Origin: Sedimentisphaerales bacterium
GTDB lineage: Bacteria; Planctomycetota; Phycisphaerae; Sedimentisphaerales; SM23-30
Direction: 5' to 3'
Assembly: GCA_963663965.2 (NCBI GenBank)
Contig: CAXXFK010000011.1
Span: 160,001 to 224,000, forward strand
DNA length: 64,000 bases
The notes below the pieces were generated by a model that did no database searches, had not been told where the DNA came from, and saw only the letters and a program-made list of their open reading frames with translations. Every line of letters begins with the position of its first letter. The stretch's first letter is position 1. The position numbers and the translations under genes are program-made. Positions 18,747 to 31,500 of this stretch are shown in pieces.

Positions 18747-21002
18747 TTACCGCGCTTGTTCAAGAATCAGCTTACTGGTTTCACCGCTTGGCAAATTCAG
18801 CGAACCATAAGCTTGAGCGGCCATATTCCTCAATTCGACGTCGACATCTTTCGAATTCACGATATCGGTATAAATGCTGAGAATCTGTTCTGAAGCCAGC
18901 AGATTACCGTATTGTCTGGCGGAGATGGAAAGGTTGGCAAACGACAGTTTCCGAACAACGAGGTCCAGAGCGCTGTCAAGCGCCATATCGGCCAGACTGC
19001 GTTGCGAGGGCATGGAATTGAGATGCGCCAGCGATTCAATTGCGGCAATCTGGATATCAGGGCGAGAATCGCGTAAAGCCTCTATAAGAGCGCTTTCTGC
19101 GTCAATAATGGGCAGTACTTTATTATGGGTCAGGGCCAGTTCACGCAGGGTCATCGCGGCTGATCCGGCATAGAAATCGGCCAGATCCGCAGAAAAGGCC
19201 ACTGCATTATTCGTTTTCAGAATGGCATCAACTGCGCTGAAAATATCCTGTTCAGGTGAATTGATCGGCAATACCTGGACAAAAGACATTTCCGTAACAC
19301 GATTCCGGATCACCGAAAGCTTTTCCGGCTCAGCCAGAATAATTGTTGGACAAAATGCCAGTCGATAATCTTTTTTAATGCTGGCCAGCACTTCATCCAG
19401 ACTGGGATGCTGAATATTATCCGTCAGGATCATAACATCTAAACTTGGAGACTTAATCACGCGTTGCAGTGCCCTGGAATAGAATTCATCATTTTCGATA
19501 CCATCAAAACCTGCCTCACGCAGCTTCAAGGTGATTCGGCTGCGTAGTTCGGCATCCGGACTGGCGACCAGGGCATAGCGACGTCCATGCTGACGCAAAG
19601 CTTCACCAAGAATTTGAACCACCTGTTCACGCCCTTCAAACACTTTTCCAGGCAGCAGGCCTCCAATGGCAAGCGCCGCGGCAAAACGTACCTGACGATC
19701 AGAAAAACTCATGGCGTCAATTAATGGACGCTTATTTTCCAATTCGAACAAAAGCGCTTCCTGACCGGCATTGCGATTCAGTACCTTGATAGCCTCCAGG
19801 GCTACCGGACGATTGTTATCATTTAGCGCTCTTGCCAGTACGCGATGGAGATATTCCGGTCCGGCAGTCAAAGCGTAGGTGGACGCGTCAGCATGGCCGG
19901 GACCAGCCTCAGGTAGCATTCCGGTATTCTGGCAGAGATAATCCTTGATTTTATGTTCATGACGGGCGTCAAAGTATGCCGGTTGTTGAAAACCCTCTGT
20001 CTCCAGACGGAAAAATGCGGATAGCCACAAGGCTATCGAATCCGGCCGGCTTTTATCCAGTCGAACGGCATCTTCCGCGGCTCTCATGGCCATCAGTTCT
20101 TCAAAAGCGTCACGGGGTACAACTTCCCGGAACAATCCGACGCGGCTATCCCAGAACCAGATATTGGCCTGGTCCATATGGGCAGGCGCCATCAATGATG
20201 GTTCGTGATTATAGTAATCCAGCGCATTTTTTTCGAATAAACCGGCAGCGGATATATCCGTTGGCAGCATATTCGATGCGATCTGTTTAAATGTACGAAT
20301 CGCAATATTCTTCAATTCGGGGGTTGCCTGCTCGTCTTCAATGATCGCCTTGATATAAGGTAACGCTTCTGGATATCCGATTTTCCCTAAAACCTCCAGC
20401 ATAATCATCTGCAAGCTCAAGTCGCCACTGCGCTGAAGAACCACCAGTAACGGTTTCACTGCAGATTTGCCAATCTGAGGCAGCGCCCACCGAATAACAT
20501 CGAGTTCTTCCGAACGCTCAGGATCCCGTAACGCGGCAACCATAACCGGAATGGCGTATTCACCGGAATCTTTTAAACGCTCCAACGCCAACATACGCCC
20601 GCGCGTGGTACTGGATAATCGTTTGACTTCTGTGGCGATCCGTTCCACCTCAGTAGCTTTTTGACGACGCCCTTCTTCAACCAGTTTCAGAATATCTTCT
20701 GCAACGGCTTTCAACGGCGTGTCTTTTTGAAGCAGAATCAAATCACGATAGGCATTGGCATAACGGCTGCTTTCGGCCAGATCCAGTAACTGGATCGGAT
20801 CCGGTTGCGCTTCGATCAATGCCTGGCCAGTCGCAATCGCCACTTCCCAGTTGCCAATGACGGCATAATGCATGAAATCATCCCAGAGCTGACGGGTCTG
20901 CTGCGATTTATCCTGGCTGATTGCCTGTCCGCATAAACACAAACCTGACAGAAGCGTCAGAGCTACGATCTTGATAATACGGTTCTGGATCATTCGTAAC
21001 AT
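18747..21002 (-). CDS. Exported HEAT-repeat protein with a degenerate receiver-like domain
   Basis: Signal peptide; HEAT/PBS-lyase-like helices (GEYAIPVMVAAL, LGKIGYPEALPYI, DRQVRFAAALAI); ALVASPD...LDVMIL...PTIILA receiver-like segment. Confidence 0.8.
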   Translation of the reverse strand: MLRMIQNRIIKIVALTLLSGLCLCGQAISQDKSQQTRQLWDDFMHYAVIGNWEVAIATGQALIEAQPDPIQLLDLAESSRYANAYRDLILLQKDTPLKAVAEDILKLVEEGRRQKATEVERIATEVKRLSSTTRGRMLALERLKDSGEYAIPVMVAALRDPERSEELDVIRWALPQIGKSAVKPLLVVLQRSGDLSLQMIMLEVLGKIGYPEALPYIKAIIEDEQATPELKNIAIRTFKQIASNMLPTDISAAGLFEKNALDYYNHEPSLMAPAHMDQANIWFWDSRVGLFREVVPRDAFEELMAMRAAEDAVRLDKSRPDSIALWLSAFFRLETEGFQQPAYFDARHEHKIKDYLCQNTGMLPEAGPGHADASTYALTAGPEYLHRVLARALNDNNRPVALEAIKVLNRNAGQEALLFELENKRPLIDAMSFSDRQVRFAAALAIGGLLPGKVFEGREQVVQILGEALRQHGRRYALVASPDAELRSRITLKLREAGFDGIENDEFYSRALQRVIKSPSLDVMILTDNIQHPSLDEVLASIKKDYRLAFCPTIILAEPEKLSVIRNRVTEMSFVQVLPINSPEQDIFSAVDAILKTNNAVAFSADLADFYAGSAAMTLRELALTHNKVLPIIDAESALIEALRDSRPDIQIAAIESLAHLNSMPSQRSLADMALDSALDLVVRKLSFANLSISARQYGNLLASEQILSIYTDIVNSKDVDVELRNMAAQAYGSLNLPSGETSKLILEQAR

Positions 21003-21136
21003 TCTCCAAAAATCGGAAAAAGTAGCTCAACAATCAAAATGGGTGGTACTGATCTCGGGATTGCTGAGAGGCGAGGAAACTACAAAAGTTATAAAACACT
21101 TATATTCAAGAGGTTAACAAGATAGTAATATTCTAG

Positions 21137-21164
21137 ATTATAAAGACGACACCTCGTTTGTCAA
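21137..21164 (-). promoter_or_regulatory. Sigma70-like promoter of the HEAT-repeat gene
   Basis: TTGACA-N16-TATAAT on the minus strand. Confidence 0.7.
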
Positions 21165-21293
21165 TTAAAAAACAGCCCATGCCTGAACAAAATGATGGAT
21201 AGCATTGACTCGTGAAATACCCCGGACTATCGATCTGATAATTACATGATCTTGAGTCATTGAATGTCATTTCTAACAACCGGAAAATCTAAG

Positions 21294-21322
21294 AAAAAAC
21301 CGCAATCAGCTAATGATTGCGG
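21294..21322 (-). terminator. Rho-independent terminator
   Basis: AAAAAA-CCGCAATCA gctaa TGATTGCGG. Confidence 0.75.
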
Positions 21323-21358
21323 CATCCGTAAAGTAATATTCTATAAATAGTTATGCTT

Positions 21359-22360
21359 TTAATGAATTTTCTGCTTTAAAATATCCATTTTTTCGCGTAC
21401 TTCCTGAGCCATGCGGGTATTGGGATACTCCTGCATAATTTCCATACCAACTCGAAGAGCTTTATCCCAGGCCTTTTCAGTAACATATAAGGAAAACTGA
21501 ATTCCCAGATTGTGCAGTCTGGCCTTAAATACATCCCGGGCAGATTCCTTCAGGGCTTCTGCCTCCGTCGGGGTTAAATAACTATCCAGTAATTTCAGGA
21601 TATCAACACTTTGATCCAGGTCATTATTTTGAGACGCGGATTTTAATTTTTTCAACAGTTCTTTCTTATGTTCCTGCCGGAGTTTCTCGGTTTGCCCAAT
21701 GATATTTTTCACTGATTCATTCTCCGGATAGAGATTTTCCAATTCATCTTCACGCTGTTGGGCTTCCTGATAATGATGAATCATCTGTAACGATTGTATC
21801 GTTTTAATCGCATCGCTAATCTTGTCTTGAAGAGTGGCATTACGGGCCTTTAGCACTTCCTGCCGCAGATAATCGGCATCGGCGTTATTTCCGAAACGGG
21901 TTTTCATCCGCTCAATCAGCCATTCCGCTGACTGCCATCTTTCCATGCGGATATCCTCTTGAATAGCTCCTTCCAGCACCTGACGATCTTTTTCTCGGAA
22001 TGCGATGGACTTTATATCATCACTCAGCAGGATATTTTCATTTATCGATGTTATCAGGGCCTGTAATTGTGTCTGACCGGATATAACGCTTCCCAGATTT
22101 TCGATCATATCCCCGGCCGCGCTGTGTAATTCCTTTATATAGGTTGTGATTAAAAAAACAGTTATAATTGCGCCACCCCATACAAATATCAGAAAGAGGC
22201 TCCATACGGTCTGGGCCGTTTGATTGGCAGGTCCATTATCAGAACCCGTCTGGCCAGACCAGTTCATAAGCTGATATATGATTAAACTGACAAAACCGGC
22301 CATAAATAAAAGGGCCGATATCCAATATCCTGCTTTGAGCGCGCTGTTTGCTTGTCGCAT
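21359..22360 (-). CDS. Hypothetical membrane protein (2 TM plus a helical cytoplasmic domain)
   Basis: Two hydrophobic segments followed by an all-alpha region ending YPNTRMAQEV. Confidence 0.8.
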   Translation of the reverse strand: MRQANSALKAGYWISALLFMAGFVSLIIYQLMNWSGQTGSDNGPANQTAQTVWSLFLIFVWGGAIITVFLITTYIKELHSAAGDMIENLGSVISGQTQLQALITSINENILLSDDIKSIAFREKDRQVLEGAIQEDIRMERWQSAEWLIERMKTRFGNNADADYLRQEVLKARNATLQDKISDAIKTIQSLQMIHHYQEAQQREDELENLYPENESVKNIIGQTEKLRQEHKKELLKKLKSASQNNDLDQSVDILKLLDSYLTPTEAEALKESARDVFKARLHNLGIQFSLYVTEKAWDKALRVGMEIMQEYPNTRMAQEVREKMDILKQKIH

Positions 22361-22500
22361 GCTGTCCTGACCTTTCAATGAAGATCTGCGTCCAAGTAAC
22401 CTGAAACCAACAAGTTACTTCTACTTTATTGTAGCACGAAATGACCATTGTGTCAAGTTGGGCGGTTTTCTACTCCGAAACGCAATATATTCGATTATAA

Positions 22501-22532
22501 AAGAAAGGCCCATCACTCCAGGGTGATGAGCC
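22501..22532 (-). terminator. Terminator after the 4312-aa gene
   Basis: AAGAAA-GGCCCATCAC tccagg GTGATGAGCC. Confidence 0.6.
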
Positions 22533-22559
22533 GTGATAATACCTGTTATTTAAATCCAC

Positions 22560-25500
22560 TCACGCGCCCATCGCCGTTCCAGATCCAATATTTCGCAACA
22601 GCAGATCGATTTCATTTTCATAACCGATTTGGGTTGATGGTCCTATGCCGCCATAATTGACAACGGCGAAATCCTGGTAACTGGTACGGGTTTCAAATTG
22701 CTGTTCGACGAAATCGTTATTATAACCCATCATATTATTGGGTTCATAAGTATCATGATCGGTAATGTCAGGATCAACTTCAGTACCATGTTCCAAGCCC
22801 AGAATGTGTCCCAATTCATGCGCCCCGGTATAGGATAACATATTAATAATTTCATCGATCCGTTCGGTTTTATCATCAGACATCATCTCGCCAGTCAGGA
22901 TACCGTTGACATAGAGACGGGCATATTCTTCGGTAAAAATAACACATTGATCCGATCGGTCAGAATTGTACCGATCAACCGACTCAGCGATGCCCAATAA
23001 TCCGTTCATAGAGGAACGTCCGCCAAATATAACCGTGGAATATTCGGCATCGGCAGGATAAGGCGATCCAGCACTCCCGGGTCGGAGAGTCGTAAACTCA
23101 ATCTCATCTTCGGCAAGACCCGCCTCACGATAATAGCGTTCGATTTCCGCCGCAACTTGCGCAATGATATAATTACGATCAACGCCATCGTTGACCGTCA
23201 CCTCATCATCGCTGAAATCACTGGCTTTGAATGCCGGACGCTCAACCAGATTCTCATAGCCTCCGATAGAGGCGGCCAGGTAATCGGCAGTTTCATTCTC
23301 GCCGGTAATCGCATCGCCAAAGGCCAGATACACCAGTTGAGAAGGCGGATCGGATACCTGTTGGGTTTCCGAAAGCGTCACGGTCAATTCGTAAGGAATC
23401 GGTGAGTCAGCCGTATTGACATCATCCTTGGTCTTCAAACCGGTGATCACAACATAGTAGCGGCCTACTCCGTTTACCATCGGGTCAATAGTAACCGTCG
23501 TATGTCCGGGAAGCGTTTCCACGGCTTGAACCGTAAGATTAGGATCGTTCGACTGGGAATAAGCATCAAAAATGATTTCATCCTCTATCGGAGCCACGAC
23601 TACCAGCGACTCCAGATCGGCATTGTACAGACCCGCCCAGACATCAACCTGATCGCCGCCATAGATGTCTTCAGCATCGATATCGATCGAAATATACTGA
23701 CCTTCCTGCACTTCGAAAGTGTAGACATCACTGTCCAGATAGTTGCTGATAACAGAACTCACTGTCACCGAACCGGCCTCACCGGCGCTTAATAAGTTGC
23801 GTTGGGGAACGGTCACAATACCGGGAACACTCGGATTATCCGGATTGTATACCTCAATGGCGCCGCTGTTGGCTACCACCTCAACCGGATATTTATCATG
23901 ATCCGTATAATAAATATAGCTGTAATAAGGATCAACCGTCAAATCGGCGCTGCCGGCGCTGAGGTCAATTGGCTGATTGCCCGGTATAAATTTTTCATAA
24001 ACATAACCATCGGTCATCGTCATTTGACCGCTGGTTTTTTCCTGGGCCGCCTGGCCGGGGATCCCAAAATCGCCATTGCCATCATCAAAGAGCGTGACTT
24101 CCAGTTTATACTCCAAAGTATTTTTATAATTGCCAACTCCGAGTAAAAAGTCACTTAACGCAGTAACTTCAAACAGGTAATCGCCATCCGCCGGGGCCTG
24201 CATTTCAAGAATCCCCCCCGTCATCGTCAGTGCTGCCTGACCTTCCAGGGTAACAATATTATTAACTCCCGCAGGTGTATAAACATTCGCGGCTGATCCC
24301 AGATAAACGGTAATCGTATGGTTGACGCCTTCCTTATAAGTATCCAGATCGATCACAATGGATGCGTCGCCAAAAGACACAATGGTTGCGGCAATGTCAT
24401 CGTTCACCGATACCGAGTCAATATCGCCAAGATCGTTAAGCCATTCCAAATCCTTAAGTTGCACACGAATCACCGAATCCGCCGCCGCCAGCGACATGTT
24501 GGAATAATCGATCGTAATGGCATAGAATCCTCCTTCATCGGTCACTGAAGCATTCAAATCGCTGGTGATCGTTAAGGTATCCCCGGGGCCTCCCGTATTG
24601 ATCGTATAAGTGGTGGAATCCCCAAACTGATAGGCGTTTTCCGTAACATTGTCAGCAGCGGTCACGGCGATTTCCATGGTATCGGGCCGGTCATCAATCG
24701 TTTGAATCAGGAAGCCCCGTCCAAAGAAGGTCCGGCTGTCATAGGTCAGAATTTCCAGATTGGATCCCGACAGCGGCTGGATCAGACGCACCCGGTTTAA
24801 TTCGTCCGGATAGGATTCGGTCACATCGATCGCCACCAGATAATTGCTGGTCGCGTCCACGGCATACAACAATCCTTCATAATTGAAATCCATCGCAGTG
24901 ATGGCAAAAGGTTGACTGCCATTACTGCCCAGATTATTCTGCTCGCCTCCCACTGCCCAGGATTTGCCGAATTCCGGATTAATATTTAATTCCTGGCTGG
25001 CATAACGGGTCATGGTGTTATGGTCGAGTTCAACGAGGGTATTGCTGGCGGCATCATAACCATACATCCGGCCATTGGTATTGAAATTATAACCGACATC
25101 GCCAAATGCCAATTCGGTAATATTGGAAAAACCATCCGCATTTAAGTCGTGATTGCTCACCATAATGGTATCGTAAAGATTAACGATATCGCCAATCCGG
25201 ATGAGGGAATCGCGTGTGGTAACCGTGTTATCCTCAAGATTGGTCATTCGCACGGTTACGATACCATACAATGCCGGCAGCGATCCATCCACGATCAGGC
25301 CGTCATCGTCATACTCTTCCAGACCAAACTCCAGCCCTCGGATATCGATGATCTCAACGGCGGTCTCAGTGCTGTCCAGCAAACCTTCCTGATAGGCGTA
25401 GATATCGCTAAGCACATCGAGAGTTAACATGGTTTCGATATCCAGGCCATCGATCAGTTCGTTCGGATCGCTGACCATAATCGGTAACGTATCAAAAGAG

Positions 25501-28500
25501 ACGGTATCGATGAGTGCGAAAACCTCTTGACTGGCGTCATACGCCACGGCATCGAACCGGCTGAATTCAACATAGCTGTAAAATTCCACCAACAGGGCGA
25601 AATTCAAAGCCGCCTCAACCCGTTCGATCACGTCCGGAGTCAGGTAACTTTCCAGGTCATCGATTAACTCGGCATCGTTTAAAGTATCGTATAACAAATT
25701 CGAAAAATTGTCGGTATCAACCCGCCCCATAGTATCAAGCAGTGTCGGACTGATGGTCATTTCAGTCATAGTCGGCAATATCATATCTCGTGTCGGGTTC
25801 AAATCCACTCGCCCCCCCTGCCCGATCAACTGCCCGGTCAGGCTCTGATTATTCAGGATTAACTGCTCGATATATGCCGAACCGGCAAAATATAGTATGG
25901 TATCGCCATCGCCATCTTCCGGATTAATCAGAACCTGGATGGTATCGCCAAATGCAAATGCCTGAACATTAAGCGGATCGTCTGTAGCGACCGATACGAC
26001 ATCACCAACCGGCGTTTCCGGGATCCAGTCAATATCCGATATGGTCAAAGTCATGATATCTTCAAGGTTGGTGTTATACGTTATTTCGAGAGCGTAATAG
26101 AATCCACTATTCACGAAATCTTCACTGTGATAATTTTCAAATAAAAGGGATGGATCCGAATTAATCGTCAGTAGCGGATACGCGGCTTCACCAAACAGGG
26201 TTATCTCATCCGAAGCAAACGTATGCTCCTTCACACTGGTTTCATACGTTAAAGTAAACGTATCACCAATGGGAGAACCCAGCAACGGCGTCGCATTCAA
26301 AATGGCGCCTTTGGGTTCCGAAGCCAGGCCGCCCCGATCGGCGTCATTTTCAAAGACATACCAGGGATCGGCCCAGACTGCGCCAGTGGTTGGATCGACC
26401 TGATAAATGGCGTCAACCAGACGGTTGCTGTAATTATAAGCTTCCTGATCGTGTACTACCAGTAACCTCTGGCGATCTGGCGTGGCGGCCATGCCGGTAA
26501 TATTCAATCCCGTTAACGCGCTCCCGCTCTGGTTAAGCTGGCCCACTTCTGTGGCCGTGCCAAACGTGGCAGGGTCCAGCGGATCCGCAGCCAGGGTAAT
26601 TAACGTCCCGCTCGCGGCGTCCACGCCATAAAGAATACCACCCAGTTCGGCTAATCCGACTATATTCGCATAATCATCCTGAAGTTCAAAGGCGGATACT
26701 ACCACCTCCGGTTGAATGTCAGTAGCGTTGTCGATATCGGTTTCCCAATTGCTGATCAAGACCAGACGCTGGCTGTCTGAACCGACAAACTCAGCGATCG
26801 CCCAGAAGGAATCGCCGGAATGACCGGCCAAGCCCTTCAGGTCGGATATCTGGCCATAGACCTGTACCGTGTTAATCAGATTCAAATCATTCCGATCGTT
26901 TTCCAGCATGGTATAAGTAGGATAATCGGGGACGATAACATTATCAGAGACATCCTTATCGATTCGATAAAACTTGCCGCCCAACGGTTCATAACCATAA
27001 AAGGCATCGCTGCCATAAGCCACCTGATTTAATTCCGGAGCCACCACATCTCGAATCGGATCCAGATCGTCGCGACCGTTGTTTTGGTAAACGGGCTCCC
27101 ACGACGAGGAAAGAAAATCAGTTTCCTCAACCCGGTATAATAATCCGGTGATATCAGGATTGATATCCAGATAACTGTAACCTTCATTATAGCGTCGGCT
27201 GTAATCTTCCAGTTTAGCCTGGATAATCTGGCCCTGATCCACACCGTTAAAGCGATAAATATCACTGTCAAAAAACAGATCCGTTCCATAAAAATCATTC
27301 ATCTCGGTGCTATTGCCGAGAACTTCCTCATGGGACCAGGTCACATTTTCCGGGAAATCGCCCAGGAACGGATTGAAGGCGATCCGGGTATAGTTGCCGA
27401 TATCTCCGATCGCAAAGACATATTCAAAATCACCGCCGGGAGATTCGTTGCCCGTGGGGAACTCGCCGGTAAATTCGCCATCCAGTTTGACACCCATGCG
27501 ATTGACCAGCAGATTGGAATCGACAGTCACCTTATAATAATTGGTGCCTTCTGGTTCAATGTCGAATCCATCCTGCTTGCGATAATAAATGGCGTTCTCT
27601 TCTTCGACATATTCGATCCAGATGTCTCCCTGATCGCTGTATAGAACTTCATCATCAACCAGCCCGGCGACAATTTCAGCTTCGGTTGCGAACTGATAAT
27701 CCTGACCGTCTTTCTGGACCCTGACAACCGCATCCAGGGCTTCATCCTGAGTTAAAATCATACCGCTGTCAATCAGGGAGCCGTTCAGCTCCTTGCCGCC
27801 CACAGTCATGGTCCGCATGTTGCCGTAAGAGGTAAAACTCTGACCGCGAACAGTCACTCTATCCACATCGCCGGCGGCGATAATGGCATATTGATCACCC
27901 TGAATGCCGGATCCCGTTGCATAACCACTGATTTTAACCTGTCCAATGCTGGCCAGTTTTTCCGGCTTGGGTTTGACAAAGGTAATTTTGATGGTATCGA
28001 AATCATCCCCGGCGCCTGTGGATAGTAATTCGATATTCTCGATCTGTGGCGCATCGATTTGTTGATCCTGACTCAGGGTCAGGACATCATCATCGGTGCC
28101 GAATATCAAATCTTCGCCCGGTGAAACGCCGGCGACCAGGTTCGAACGATCCAGGTCCCCCTTGATGCTGACCGATCCCAGGTCACCCCGCTTCGGTGTG
28201 ACCGCTCCGTCAAACATATCGCCTTCCGATCCAATATCCAAACCGGCGGCCAGGGTGCTGAACGCCACATCCCTCTTGACCACGACTTTTTTCAGGTCGC
28301 CACCCGCGGCAATCTGCGCGACATAAATCGAACCCGATGTAATCTTTCCGATATCGCCGGCCGCCCGGACAGAACCGTTAATCGCATCGGTGACTGTCAA
28401 ACTGGTAAGATCGCCGTTACTGTTGATTACGCCATCCAGCGAACCGGAAATTTTGACGCTGCCCAATGTGGTTCCGGTATTGCTCAATCTGCCATCCAGA

Positions 28501-31500
28501 TCGCCCGAAACGGTTACGTTGCCCATGGTTTCGGCCGTCAACGTCGCATGGCTGTCAATTCCAGCCGTTTTCAGACTGCCCACGCTACCCCCGATTTGAA
28601 CCAGGGTCGTTAACGCGGTCGTGGCATCGATAGCGCCCAGATCGGCGGTTTTAACCGCCCCGCCTATGATGATTTGCGCGCCGGCGGCTATCCCGCCGAC
28701 TTTCAAAGCGCCAACACCCCCTCCAATATCGGTGGTCTGGCCGCTGACACCCAGAATTCCATCAATATGTAAAGACTTCAGACCTTCATCATCGCCGCTG
28801 AAAATATAACCGACATTAATCGTATCGGCGCCTTTGGCTTCTATTTTGATACTGGAACTATCATTCACGCCATTCAACTGAATTGCAGTAATGGAACTGG
28901 CTCCTAAAACAACCTCTCCGGTTCCATTGCCACTCAGCCTGATGGTGATGGTTTTGCCGTCCACGGTGGCAGTAAAGGGTGAACCGCTGTCAAAGACAAA
29001 TCCATTCAGGTCTCCCTGACCGACTATGGCGACATCCCAGGCCCGGAAACCGGTCTGATTCTGTATGATCGGCGTACTCAATTTTTTACCATCAAGATAG
29101 AGTTTTTCGATTCCAGAATCGGCAAAAATGCCAAACGGATTCCCGTCTCCTTGAACAGATTCGATCCGGACTGTGCCGATGGAAGAAACGCCTGAACCAG
29201 CCATATCACTGCCATCGCTGTCACCAAAAATTTGATTATCACCCGGACTGACGCCGGCGGCTATAACCGAATTATATAACGTGGAGACCGTGATCGACTG
29301 AATGCTGCCCACCTTCGGAGACTCAAGACTGTCGATCCCCGTGCCATCGATACGCAACTCGGTTTCGACAACCAGCCATAACGCATCCAGTTCAGCTTGA
29401 GTCAGGGTTTGCAGATTGTAAGTTCCCTCTACAATACCAGTTAAATTGGAACCGATACCCGGGTCAAAACCGGCCAGAATATAACTGTCTTTCATAATCC
29501 CGGTCACTTCGATTTTATCGATATCGCCACCGGCGGTAATGGTGCCGCTGACACCACCGGCAAACTGGCCCATACTGCCGACAATAATCTGCCCGATGCT
29601 GCCGGTAACATGGACCAGGCCGCTGACATTCTCGTCGACAATTAAAGTGCCCAGGTTGCCGTCAATAAAGACAATGCCGCCCTCTTCGATATTTCCCTTA
29701 ATATGGAGGGTATCGATATCTCCAGTGGAAATATAACGGCCCGTCGAAGTAATCGAACCATCAATTGGCGATATTCCGGCACCGCCGCCGACAATGGAAA
29801 TACCATTAATATCCGAACCGCTGATACTGAGTTTGGGACCTTCGCCGGCCGCATAATAATCGCCATACTGGTCGCCATTCTTGATTGTCAGCTTGCTGAA
29901 ATCACCGCCCACAATCACATCACCAACCATATCCGCCCGGTTAGCGCCTTTGCCATTGAGTGACAAGGCTTTGAAATCGTCTTTGACAACAATATCGCCA
30001 TTCAGATCGCCGTAGACCTTCACGCTGCCCAGGTTGCCTTCCACGACCAGATCACTATTCAGATTGGCGGCCGTTTTCCCGGATCCGACAGAAAAGCTCT
30101 TAAGATCACCCCAGACACGCAGTTCATCCCCATTTATGCCAAAGTCTTCGCCCACCTTGACACTGCCGATATCGCCGCCCACATTACCCGTCAGGGTCAG
30201 GCGTCCACCGACAGTCAGGTTCTTCAATTCCAGACCATCCAGATCGGCGCTGCGAACGGCATTGGAATATTCATCCCAGTTCAGCAGCATATCTGCCTGG
30301 AAGTCACCAGTCACCTTAATGGTGCCGATATGGCCATCCACCAGCAGAATACCGCCCTGGGGCGTGCCAAAATCGCCCTTCACAGACATCTTATTCAGAT
30401 TGCCGTACGGTCCAGTTAGTTCAATGGTACTGATCAGGTCGCCGCCCACCTTCAGATTCGCCAGAGGGCCGGCGACAACAATGGCCGAACCGACCATGTC
30501 ATTCTTGACACTCAAATTGTTCAGCGCGCCGGCATTAACCTGGACATTAGAAGCGGCGTCTTTGATATTAATTTTATTAATTTCTCGGCCGGCAGCGAAC
30601 ATGGAATCCTGAATATATTCCACATCCACATTGCCGATATTCACCCAGCTCTCGATCATACACTCGTCGATAATGGCGCCCGGCAGGATTTTAATGTTTT
30701 CGATCGAGTAAATGCTTAACACACTCGAATTAATCAAACCCTGACCGCCAACGATCAGCTGTCCGATGGTATTGAAATCCTCATCCAGATCGTTTCCAAA
30801 TAAACTCCCGCCACCCTGAATTTCAGAATAGAATATCCCTTCGGCCCCTTTGCCAACATAGAGTTTTCCGATGGTATTGGCAATAATGTTCGCGCTAAAT
30901 ATTTTTGAATCTTCACCGGTAACCTCAATGGTCCCCACCTCGCCGGCAACGGTATAAGCATTGGCCAGATTATAATCGAAAAATGTTCCCAGGCCTCCGA
31001 CACTCATAAAAAATCCATTCCCGATAATGCTGGCGCCATTAGAGACCCGTAAACGGGTAATCTCTGTCTGAGAAACCACCGGGCCTCTCAGATCATGCTG
31101 ATAACCTTCAACCGACGCGCTGCTCAAGGTACCCTGGATATAAACGCCGGATTCAGGAAAGACACCCATTCCGGGTGCGAGAATACCATCACCCAATTCA
31201 ATGCGAGCCACATCCCCGAACACGACGACACAGCCGTTCAGACCTTCAAAATCCGAAGGTGAATTGCTGCTGTCATCATTGTTCATTTTAATTGAATTGA
31301 CATTGCCCAGAACGGTCACATCCCCCAGCGCGCCATCGGTAGCGATATTGATTACCCCGACTTCCGAATAGATGCCGCTGACCTGAACACCAATAGGATT
31401 CCAAAGATCGCTGATCGCGAATAACTGAGCAATCGGTTGGGATGGATCAATAATCTGGTCGTTGGTATACCCCCCATCCGCATTAGTTGACAGCACAGAA

